Positions 7,591 to 15,833 of a stretch of DNA of 45,709 nucleotides are shown in pieces. The notes under the pieces are model-generated. The model was given only the letters and a program-made list of their open reading frames with translations. It was not told the origin of the DNA and did no database searches. The DNA lies in assembly GCA_902784545.1 (NCBI GenBank), contig CACZVC010000003.1, positions 1 to 45,709 of the forward strand, written 5' to 3'. The translations under genes were made by a program, and so were the position numbers. This DNA is from an uncultured Ruminococcus sp. Lineage in GTDB: Bacteria > Bacillota > Clostridia > Oscillospirales > CAG-272. Position 1 is the stretch's first letter. The number at the start of each line of letters is the position of its first letter.

Positions 7591-8574
7591 TCAGTCTCTT
7601 CTCTGATAGAAGACGAACAGCGACATCAACAGCGCGGCGACAATGACGGCTACGATAACTATGGCGAAGTAGATCCACGCCATGGCGACCGAAAGTGTGT
7701 CTTTGCCGGCTTCGCCGTAGACCTGGTTGATATATACCATAACGGAGTTTGTCGACGAGGTCAGCGCGTCTATTATGGTGTATATGAAGTTGACAAGTAT
7801 CATCGGGCTTATCATCGGGAACGTTATTTTCCAGAAGGTCTCCCAAGCGGACGCGCCCTCAACGCTGCAGGACTCATATATAGCCGGGGAAATCGACTGC
7901 AGACCCGCTAAGAATATAAGCATCTGAACGCCGGAACGGTTTACTATGTTGTAAATGTTGTTCAGTATAGACGAAACGTATTTCGCCATACCGCCGCCGA
8001 CCTTCATGTTGCTGAACAGATACTCTATATCCATTGCGGAAACTATTTCCGCGACGCTTGTGGTTTGTGCCGCGTTCGTTCCTATACCCTCGGAGTCAGA
8101 CATGTAGCTCATAAGGCTTGTGTTGCTGACGTCGATCTGTAATATAAGACCCGTTGACAATATGACCGGTACGAAGAATATCGCACGGAACGCGGCTCTG
8201 CCCACGATCTTCTGGTTGAGCAGGACTGCGATGAACAGTGAGAATATCAGTATCGCCGGTACGTCGAGCAGAAGCTGCTGCAGACCGGATACAAGCACCT
8301 GGCTGTAGTTCGGGTCCGTAAACAGAGCTTCCTTGTAGTTGGCAAGTCCCGCCCAGACGAGCTGGTAGGATTCGCCGGCGTTTATTCTTTCTATCGTGGT
8401 GACGCTGTATAAAAACGATTCAAATACGACAGGAAGATATATAACGATAAATCCGATTATGAACGGAAGCGTGAACAGATAACCGCCGCGCGCAGTCTTT
8501 TTCTCAAGAGAATGAACTTTTTTGCGCTTTTTGGGGGTATTCTGAACGAGCTTTACATCAGCTTGTTTATTCAT
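7591..8574 (-). CDS. Sugar ABC transporter permease (MalF-like), pair 2
   Basis: 327 aa with EAA loop IYESCSVEGASAWETFWKITFPMISP. The start overlaps the upstream stop as TAATG at 8572-8576. Confidence 0.9.
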   Translation of the reverse strand: MNKQADVKLVQNTPKKRKKVHSLEKKTARGGYLFTLPFIIGFIVIYLPVVFESFLYSVTTIERINAGESYQLVWAGLANYKEALFTDPNYSQVLVSGLQQLLLDVPAILIFSLFIAVLLNQKIVGRAAFRAIFFVPVILSTGLILQIDVSNTSLMSYMSDSEGIGTNAAQTTSVAEIVSAMDIEYLFSNMKVGGGMAKYVSSILNNIYNIVNRSGVQMLIFLAGLQSISPAIYESCSVEGASAWETFWKITFPMISPMILVNFIYTIIDALTSSTNSVMVYINQVYGEAGKDTLSVAMAWIYFAIVIVAVIVAALLMSLFVFYQRRD

Positions 8575-11500
8575 TATTCAGCCTCCTGCAAAAAATATGT
8601 TACGAATCCGAGCGGAGCGATCTCTCCGTCGTAACCGTCGACCTTAACGGCGTAGTTGTTATAGTTCAGAACGAACGTCTTGCCGCCCTCGTAGGTCACG
8701 CGGACAATCTTGCCGTTGGCGACGATGTCCTCGGGGTTAGCGTCGTCGATGATGGATTTGGGCTCGTCATCGCCGGCGGGCTCGGTCGTTTCAGCCTCGG
8801 TCTCCGTCTCCGTTTCGGCTTCGGTCTCCTCCGGTTCGGTTTCGGGAACTTCCTCGGCGGTCGCGCCTTCTTCGACTGTTTCGTCGGGAGCCTCGGTCAC
8901 GTCGTCAGCCGTCTTGGCGTCAAGCTCGGCCTGAGCTCTGCTTTCCTCGTCAAGTCTTCTCTGCTCGTCGTCCTCACGCTCTTTTATCTCGGCGGGTGTA
9001 AGAACGCGCACGCCCTTGACAAATTCGTGATTTACGATTATCTTATCCTGAACGTCCTTCAACGCTTCGTTCAAGATCTTGTACTTCTCAACAAGACCGG
9101 ATTCAGCCCAGATCTTGAAGTTTACGGAGTACATCTTCTTATATTCAGTGTCTTTCTTCAGGATATCCGTGTTTTCGTATGCAAGCAGGAAGTACGGGAC
9201 AGCGCCGTTTTCAATGGCTTTGAGCAGCTCGTAGTCGATGTCGCCCGCCATATTGAGCGCCGTGCCGGAGAACTGGACGTAGCCGTGTAAGACCATGCCC
9301 ATAAACGGTATCGCGTCGCTCGTTCTCAGGTACTGGCTGGAATCGAGCGGAGCGCCCAATATGTAGTCAACGTCCTTGAACGAGTACATATTGCCGCCGT
9401 TTACCATTACGTTGCCGAAATCCTCCTGCATCTTTGCGAGCAGATCCTTTACGAGGCTCTTCGAGTCCTCTCTGTTGTACGCGTCCTTCTTATCGAAGTC
9501 GGAGTTCAGATCGGAGCCGAGCGTACCTACCGATATACCGGAGGGCGCGTATTTGAGGAGTCTCGGAGCAAAATGCTCGTAGAAATACTCGAATACCGAC
9601 GTTGATATGAGGTTGGGACCCCATCTTCTCGTCATCTGGTACGCGGGATCGTAGTAGTAGGTCCTCGGATAACGGTTATCCATCGTCTTTGCGGCGTGCT
9701 TCTTATAAGAGAAGCCGTCGAACATCTTTGTTTTCTGCAGATACGTGAACTCGAATTCGGGGAATATCTCGATACCCTTCTCGTTCGCGTAATTCATGAG
9801 ATCTTCAAAGCCCTTGTTTCCGCCGACCTTGCTCTCCCACTTGACGTTGTACGGCACCGTGGCGTACAAGCCGCCGTTTGCGTAACCGGTCAGCTTGAAC
9901 TTGACGTTCTGAATGCCTTTTCCGGAAAGCTGTTCGTACATCGCCTTTATATCCTCGAACGAGGTAAGAGGCTTTTTGACCGTTACGGGAACGCTGAGTA
10001 TCGTGTCCTCGGTCTCTATCGTGCCGAGAGTTTCAAGCACGAGCGGGATATCGGATTTGAGATCCTCTTTTTTGAGTCTTGTTATCAGTCCGGCTGATTC
10101 AAGGTAATCGCGGCAGGCGTTGACCATGCCCATGTAATCCGCGTTGTAGAACTTGGATTTAGTATCCGCCTTGCCCGCTTCGGTCTCGTAGTATTCATCG
10201 ACCTTCGTCGCGTCGGAGAGCAGATAGTATTTTACCGTGTAGTTGCCGGTGTATTTTCTCTTCGCGGAGACCGTCCACATCGCGTCGTCAGCGGCGGCGC
10301 CCATCGCTTCTCTCAAGCTGTAGGAGTCGGTAGGTCTCGGGAAGAATTTAGTCTGAACGGAGCTGTAAATGTGCGTCGATCCGCCGCCGTTTATGGTGGA
10401 GATCTGCGCAAGCGCGTCGCCCTCGGTCAGGACCGCGAAGTAACCTCTGTTGTCCGTGACTATGGTTGAGCGCATCTCGGTCTTGGTCTTTATCCAGTAG
10501 CCGTAGGGGTCGAGGTACCATTCCTCGGGAGGAAGGTCGACCGTGACCGCCTTGACCGTTCTGCTGTAATAGTTTTCAACGACGCCGTATACCGGCATTC
10601 TCATCGTCTGGCGGTGCGCCGGGTCCGTGGTGTAATACGCGTAGTCGGGACCGTAGACGTTTGAGGTGATGTTCAGCGGTTTTGTGACGTCCTCGAATCT
10701 CGTGATAGCGCCGCTGCCGTCCGGTATGAACGTGAAGCCCTGATACGAGCTGTTGCCGCAGCCGAACCACGGGTTGATCTGCAGGTAGTCGAGGGTGTAG
10801 ACGTTCTCGTCGAAGCTTATGCTGTTGGCGGCGAGCCTCTGAGTTATGCCGTCCTCGTTCAGTGTGTACTCGATAGCCATGCTGAACAGCGGCTGCGATA
10901 CGGCTGCTACCTCAAATTCCGTTATATCGTGGTCGTAGTCGAGATCTTCATAGCTGTAATCGGGGGCGTACATTTTGATATAGCCCTCAAGCATGTTGTA
11001 CTCACGGTCCTTCGTATCGGTACCGAGTATCCAGACGCACGGATATTTTTTCAGTATCGGCCACTGAGAAATCATCTGGTCGCGCTGAGTTTTCGTTATA
11101 GTCGGGTCGTTTATGTCCTTCGGCGAATAGAAGCCGCCTACGAACTTGTTAAGAACGAACTCACGGGTCTTCTCGGGGAGATCCGCCGTGTTTTCATTCA
11201 TCGGGTCGACTATTTTTTCCTTGAAGCGCTCGTCGGTGATCATCTGCGGGACGAGCCATCTCGTCTGTGTCTTACCGAGCGTGTACTCGACGCGGACGCC
11301 GTTTTTGATGTTCTTTACGATTATCTGTTCACGAAGGGCGGCTTCCGTATAGCTGTTGTACACGGTCGTTTTCGAGCCGGAGGTGAACTGAAGGATTATC
11401 TGGGACATCAGCTCGGCTTTCGTATCGGCGGAGCCCTTTGTTGAGCCTATATCGTAGGGGTTTGAGAAAAGGATCTGACCCGTTCTCTTATCCTTTACAG

Positions 11501-11765
11501 CGATCTCGCCGTACATTGCGCGGACGTAAAGCTCGTAATTGTCGTTTTCGATACGCTTTCTCATGTCCTTGAGCTTATCCTCGGGCGTCTTGTAGACGAC
11601 TTTAAGGATATCGACGCTCTTGTCCTCGGGGGTGTTGTCGTCTTCTTCCTCGGTCGTTTCCGCCTCCGCGGCTTTAGCCTCGACCTTCAGATTGGTGCTG
11701 AAGATCACCGTGAAGACTGACAAAGCCATTAAAACGGCAAGCAAGGTTGAGAGTATTTTTTTCAT
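8574..11765 (-). CDS. Large secreted protein, DUF5696-like (assignment from memory, needs an HMM check)
   Basis: Start set at the ATG at 11765 (GGGAGGA 8 nt upstream); the ORF-track start 11783 lacks an RBS. Signal peptide MKKILSTLLAVLMALSVFTVIFS and an acidic linker. Central region has GFTFIPDGSGAI and KFKLTGYANGGLYATVPYNVKWESKVGG..GIEIFPEFEF motifs, followed by a C-terminal E/T-rich linker and a small beta domain. Confidence 0.8.
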   Translation of the reverse strand: MKKILSTLLAVLMALSVFTVIFSTNLKVEAKAAEAETTEEEDDNTPEDKSVDILKVVYKTPEDKLKDMRKRIENDNYELYVRAMYGEIAVKDKRTGQILFSNPYDIGSTKGSADTKAELMSQIILQFTSGSKTTVYNSYTEAALREQIIVKNIKNGVRVEYTLGKTQTRWLVPQMITDERFKEKIVDPMNENTADLPEKTREFVLNKFVGGFYSPKDINDPTITKTQRDQMISQWPILKKYPCVWILGTDTKDREYNMLEGYIKMYAPDYSYEDLDYDHDITEFEVAAVSQPLFSMAIEYTLNEDGITQRLAANSISFDENVYTLDYLQINPWFGCGNSSYQGFTFIPDGSGAITRFEDVTKPLNITSNVYGPDYAYYTTDPAHRQTMRMPVYGVVENYYSRTVKAVTVDLPPEEWYLDPYGYWIKTKTEMRSTIVTDNRGYFAVLTEGDALAQISTINGGGSTHIYSSVQTKFFPRPTDSYSLREAMGAAADDAMWTVSAKRKYTGNYTVKYYLLSDATKVDEYYETEAGKADTKSKFYNADYMGMVNACRDYLESAGLITRLKKEDLKSDIPLVLETLGTIETEDTILSVPVTVKKPLTSFEDIKAMYEQLSGKGIQNVKFKLTGYANGGLYATVPYNVKWESKVGGNKGFEDLMNYANEKGIEIFPEFEFTYLQKTKMFDGFSYKKHAAKTMDNRYPRTYYYDPAYQMTRRWGPNLISTSVFEYFYEHFAPRLLKYAPSGISVGTLGSDLNSDFDKKDAYNREDSKSLVKDLLAKMQEDFGNVMVNGGNMYSFKDVDYILGAPLDSSQYLRTSDAIPFMGMVLHGYVQFSGTALNMAGDIDYELLKAIENGAVPYFLLAYENTDILKKDTEYKKMYSVNFKIWAESGLVEKYKILNEALKDVQDKIIVNHEFVKGVRVLTPAEIKEREDDEQRRLDEESRAQAELDAKTADDVTEAPDETVEEGATAEEVPETEPEETEAETETETEAETTEPAGDDEPKSIIDDANPEDIVANGKIVRVTYEGGKTFVLNYNNYAVKVDGYDGEIAPLGFVTYFLQEAE

Positions 11766-11784
11766 ATTCGGTTTTCCTCCCATC

Positions 11785-13923
11785 CTATATTCGATACGAC
11801 AGCTCTGTGACTATGTTTGCCACGAAGCCTACGATCTTCTGAATCAGGTTCGTAAACAGAAGCGCTACGAACATTATAAACGCCATACCCACGACGGTAC
11901 CTGCCGACGTGATGATGTTTTTGATAAATGAATAGTCGTGAGTTACCTGCGAGCCGAACAGCACCAGCATACCGACCCACGCCCACATAACGCCGACGAT
12001 AAGTCCGAGCACCTTGCCCTCGGAGAGGCTCAGGATGTGGGACAGAAGCGTGTGCGGGATTATGCAGAGCGGTATCGGAACGAGCGCGTAGCACGTCGCG
12101 ATGAATATATCTTTAAGGCTGCCCTCGCCCTCGAACAGAGTGGTAAGACACCAGTTGGATATGACCCACAGACCGACAGGAACGACTATCGAGATTATCT
12201 GACCGAAAATGCTCTGATAGCCTCTTGACGGGTTGAACAGGTAAGCCGTGCCTATGCCGTTGTAGGTGAAGGACGCTATCGCTATCGCCAGCCACGTTAC
12301 GGCGCCTCTTATGGATCCGCGCTTTTCATGCTTCAGATCCCAGAAGCCGTCGAACGGGTGCATCATAAGGTGGAAGGCGAATATGACCTCCTCGCCGTAC
12401 GACCTGCGTCCGCCCGGTCTCGTCGCGACCTCCTTGTTCCTCTTGCCGACGAAGCGGAAGAAGAAGTAAAGTCCTACTACGACCACGATTACCACGAGCG
12501 GAACGACCAGCGCGTATTTGGCTACCCATTCCTTTCTGTACTGCTTGAACGCGGTGGAGTAGTTCGTCGTTTCGTACGCCGCCTCATACATCTTCATGGC
12601 TTCCTGATATTCGCCTTCTCTGTAATGGGCTTTGCCTATACCGACGTACGCCTCGTCGAAGTTGTTGTTTCTCATAAGGATGCCGCGCCAGTTGTCGGCA
12701 GCCTCTTCATAGTTAAGGCTCTTCTGGTTCTGCAGAGCGCTTATAAGGATGTTGCCGTATTCCGTTCTCTTGAACACCGTGATATTGTCGGCGGTGTTGT
12801 CGAGCACGAGCAGGTCGGCGCCCTTGTAAACGACGCTGTTGACCGTTTCCATATTTCCGAGCTGGGAGCCCTGGTCACCGAAGATGAACAGAAGCGAGCC
12901 GTTCTCGTCGTATGTGTATACCTTGGATCTCGTCTTGTCTATGATCGACCACGTTCCTATCGGTCCGAGAGTTACGTCGACGATCTTCGACGGTCCGTAA
13001 ATGCTTGAGCTTGTGGAAGCGCTGCGGTTGATCCTGACCTCGCCGGACGGCGGGTAGAAGCCGTTACGCTTAAGGATCTCGTTACCCTGGGTATTGAGCA
13101 TCTTGACCGGCGCGTATTCGCCGCTCGTGCTCTTGCCCTCGATTGCGCTCTGCTGCGCGCCCTCGTCAAGGTTTATGTTCGTAACGTAGATCATACCGTT
13201 ATCGTCTATCGTGATGTTTTCATACTCGGACGATATGGTCTTCTGCTGCTGGTCTATCTGCTCCTGCGTCTGGAATCTTCTCCAGAAGATCTGCCAGGCG
13301 GAAAGCGGAGCCTTCTGTGCGCCGATGAAGCCCTGGAACACGCCGTCGCTGTCCATGGCGATGATGCCCTGATACGTGGAGGTCGAAACGACGTACATTC
13401 TTCCCGATCTGTCGACCGCGACCGCTTTCGGGCGGTAGAGGTCGTCTACCGAGAATTCGTCGGCTATCGGCTTTTCAACCACCTTTACAAAGTTGGCGTC
13501 ACGGTCGAATATTACTATTCTGTTGTTGTCCGTATCGCAGACGTAAATATTGTTCTCCGTTACGAAGACGCCCTGCGGGTTGTTGAATTTGTCCTGGATT
13601 CCCTGGGAGTTCACAAACTTCTCTATGTAGTAGCGGAGCTTGTATCTCTTGTTGAGAACTATTATTCTGTTATTGCCGGCGTCGGCGATATAAACGTTCT
13701 GCTTATCGTCGACGAACAGGTCTGACGGGTTTTCAAGCGCCGGGGACACGCCCATCGTTTCGCTTGTAACTATCTCGTCCGGAACGTAGGCGTCCGGAGA
13801 TTCCATATAGTTTCCGTTTATATCGTACGTGTAGCTCTGGTAGGAGTAGTACGACGCTGCGGCAGGCGCGAGCATGAGCAGTACGGCAAATACGACCGCG
13901 GCGGCTTTAATAATATTTTTCAT
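11785..13923 (-). CDS. NHL-repeat beta-propeller / TPR / Yip1-domain multi-pass membrane protein
   Basis: True start is the ATG at 13923 (AAGGAGG RBS, signal peptide MKNIIKAAAVVFAVLLMLAPAAA). The ORF-track extension to 14181 overlaps the upstream permease gene. NHL motifs: NVYIADAGNNRIIVL, NIYVCDTDNNRIVIFD, RMYVVSTSTYQGIIAMD. TPR-like: EAYVGIGKAHYREGEYQEAMKMYEAAY. Yip1-type C-terminus: HPFDGFWDLKHEKRGS plus 5 TM helices. Confidence 0.85.
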   Translation of the reverse strand: MKNIIKAAAVVFAVLLMLAPAAASYYSYQSYTYDINGNYMESPDAYVPDEIVTSETMGVSPALENPSDLFVDDKQNVYIADAGNNRIIVLNKRYKLRYYIEKFVNSQGIQDKFNNPQGVFVTENNIYVCDTDNNRIVIFDRDANFVKVVEKPIADEFSVDDLYRPKAVAVDRSGRMYVVSTSTYQGIIAMDSDGVFQGFIGAQKAPLSAWQIFWRRFQTQEQIDQQQKTISSEYENITIDDNGMIYVTNINLDEGAQQSAIEGKSTSGEYAPVKMLNTQGNEILKRNGFYPPSGEVRINRSASTSSSIYGPSKIVDVTLGPIGTWSIIDKTRSKVYTYDENGSLLFIFGDQGSQLGNMETVNSVVYKGADLLVLDNTADNITVFKRTEYGNILISALQNQKSLNYEEAADNWRGILMRNNNFDEAYVGIGKAHYREGEYQEAMKMYEAAYETTNYSTAFKQYRKEWVAKYALVVPLVVIVVVVGLYFFFRFVGKRNKEVATRPGGRRSYGEEVIFAFHLMMHPFDGFWDLKHEKRGSIRGAVTWLAIAIASFTYNGIGTAYLFNPSRGYQSIFGQIISIVVPVGLWVISNWCLTTLFEGEGSLKDIFIATCYALVPIPLCIIPHTLLSHILSLSEGKVLGLIVGVMWAWVGMLVLFGSQVTHDYSFIKNIITSAGTVVGMAFIMFVALLFTNLIQKIVGFVANIVTELSYRI

Positions 13924-13937
13924 TATTATATACCTCC

Positions 13938-14813
13938 TTAGTCTTTCATACCGGAAGACGCCATCGTCTCGATTATGTTGCTCTGCGAGATAATGAAGAC
14001 CGTTACCGGTACTATCATCATTATGACCATCGCGGCGGTACTTGCGCCGGCGCGGACGATACCCGCGGACAATATCTGCTGTATGGCGTAGTTGAACGTC
14101 TTTAACTGCTCCGACTGGATGTAGACGGAGGAACCCGTGTTCCACAGTCCCTGGAACGAATACACGATAAGCGTGAGCCACGCGGGCTTGACCATCGGCA
14201 TCGCTATGGACCAGAACACCTTGAATTCGCTCGCGCCGTCCAGACGCGCGCTTTCAAGCGCTTCGTTTGAAACGGATGAATCCATGAACTGCTTCATCAG
14301 GTACAGACCCAGAGTCGAGCAGCAGGCAGGCAGGATGATCGCCAGCAGGTTGTCGATGAGTCCCAAGAACGAGAACGTGATGAAGTTTGCTATACCGGTT
14401 ACCGTGGAAACGAACATAAGCGATAAAACTATCATCTGGAATATCGTCTTTCTGCCCGGGAACGGTATCTTCGACAGCGCGTACGCCGCGAGAGAACCCA
14501 AGCAGAGGTTTCCGAAAGTACCGGCAGCCGTGATGAGCACGGTGTTGAATATGTACCTTGAGAAAGGCACCCACGACGTGTTCATCAGCTTGAACAGGTC
14601 TGCGTAATTCTTGAACGTCGGGTTTATGACGTAGAATTTCGGCGGGAATATCCAGAGCTCGTCAAGAGGCTTCAGCGACGTCATTACCGAGAAGTACATC
14701 GGTATGAACATCAGTACACCCAATATGACAAGCACTACGGTGATACCCGCGTCGCCCCCGGCAGACCGGTTAAGGACGACCTTGTGATTTCTGACACGCA
14801 TTTTTCTTGCCAT
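13938..14813 (-). CDS. Carbohydrate ABC transporter permease (MalG-like), pair 1
   Basis: 291 aa with EAA loop EALESARLDGASEFKVFWSIAMPMVKP. Confidence 0.9.
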   Translation of the reverse strand: MARKMRVRNHKVVLNRSAGGDAGITVVLVILGVLMFIPMYFSVMTSLKPLDELWIFPPKFYVINPTFKNYADLFKLMNTSWVPFSRYIFNTVLITAAGTFGNLCLGSLAAYALSKIPFPGRKTIFQMIVLSLMFVSTVTGIANFITFSFLGLIDNLLAIILPACCSTLGLYLMKQFMDSSVSNEALESARLDGASEFKVFWSIAMPMVKPAWLTLIVYSFQGLWNTGSSVYIQSEQLKTFNYAIQQILSAGIVRAGASTAAMVIMMIVPVTVFIISQSNIIETMASSGMKD

Positions 14814-14814
14814 A

Positions 14815-15774
14815 TTACTGTCCCACCTTTGATAAGAGTTTCTTGATAAGCATATTCGAGCCTATCATCATCAGGAACAGTATCGTTGCGATAGCGGACG
14901 AATATCCGACCTCGAAACGCTGTCCTCCGTAGTCCTCCAAGTGGTGCATGATGGTCCATGCACAGTAGTCGACGGACGGGAAGCCGGCGAGCGCCGTAAC
15001 TATACCGCCGAAGCCGAAGGAACCGGTTATACTCATAACGGCGCCGAACATCAGCTGTTCCTTCATCGCGGGCAGGGTTATGTACCAAAGCTCCTGCCAG
15101 CGGTTCTTTACGCCGTCGAGCGCGCCCGCCTCGTAAAGGCTGTTATCGACTATCTGAAGACCCGCGATAAACGAAAGGAACGTAGTACCGAGCGAGGTCC
15201 ACAGAGCGACGATTATGCACAGCGGCATAACGTACCGCGCGTCCTGGAAGAACTGAACAGGCTCCGTTATGAAGTTGTACTCGATCAGGAAGCCGTTTAC
15301 GTAACCGTAACGGTCCGACGAGAAGAAGATACCGAATATCTGATACATCGAGCCGGCGATGGACGGAGCGTAGAATATAAGTGTTACGAACGCTCTCATC
15401 TTCGGGGGCAGCTCGTTTATGAACCATGCTACGAACAGCGACAACAAGTACGAAACAGGTCCCGTGACAACCGCGAATATAAGCGTGTTCTGTATGGCGG
15501 TAAGGAATATATCGTCGTCGAGGAACAGTCTTATGTAGTTGTCAAGTCCAACGAATTTCGGCCATTCGAGCAGGTTGAAGGATGTAAAGCTCAGTATCAT
15601 GGAAAGAAAGACCGGAACGACCGTGAATACGAAGAAGAGTATGAAGAACGGAGCTATCATTATGTAACCCGCTTTGTTCTTCTTCATCTCCTTGAGCGTC
15701 CACTGGGCTTTCGTCATGTCCTTTCTTGCCACCGGCTTTGCTTTTCTCTCTTTTACTGCCGTATTCTGTGACAT
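14815..15774 (-). CDS. Sugar ABC transporter permease (MalF-like), pair 1
   Basis: 319 aa with EAA loop LYEAGALDGVKNRWQELWYITLPAMKE. Confidence 0.9.
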   Translation of the reverse strand: MSQNTAVKERKAKPVARKDMTKAQWTLKEMKKNKAGYIMIAPFFILFFVFTVVPVFLSMILSFTSFNLLEWPKFVGLDNYIRLFLDDDIFLTAIQNTLIFAVVTGPVSYLLSLFVAWFINELPPKMRAFVTLIFYAPSIAGSMYQIFGIFFSSDRYGYVNGFLIEYNFITEPVQFFQDARYVMPLCIIVALWTSLGTTFLSFIAGLQIVDNSLYEAGALDGVKNRWQELWYITLPAMKEQLMFGAVMSITGSFGFGGIVTALAGFPSVDYCAWTIMHHLEDYGGQRFEVGYSSAIATILFLMMIGSNMLIKKLLSKVGQ

Positions 15775-15833
15775 GTTGATTCTCTCCTGTTTAAAAATTT
15801 GCGTTTATACTATATGAATAAATATTATACCGT

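Noticed and set aside
13924-14181. 86-codon N-terminal extension of the NHL-Yip1 ORF (ORF-track start 14181).
   Set aside because: The extension overlaps the 3' end of the upstream permease gene in another frame and is Arg/His-rich. The internal ATG at 13923 has a perfect AAGGAGG RBS and is followed by a signal peptide.
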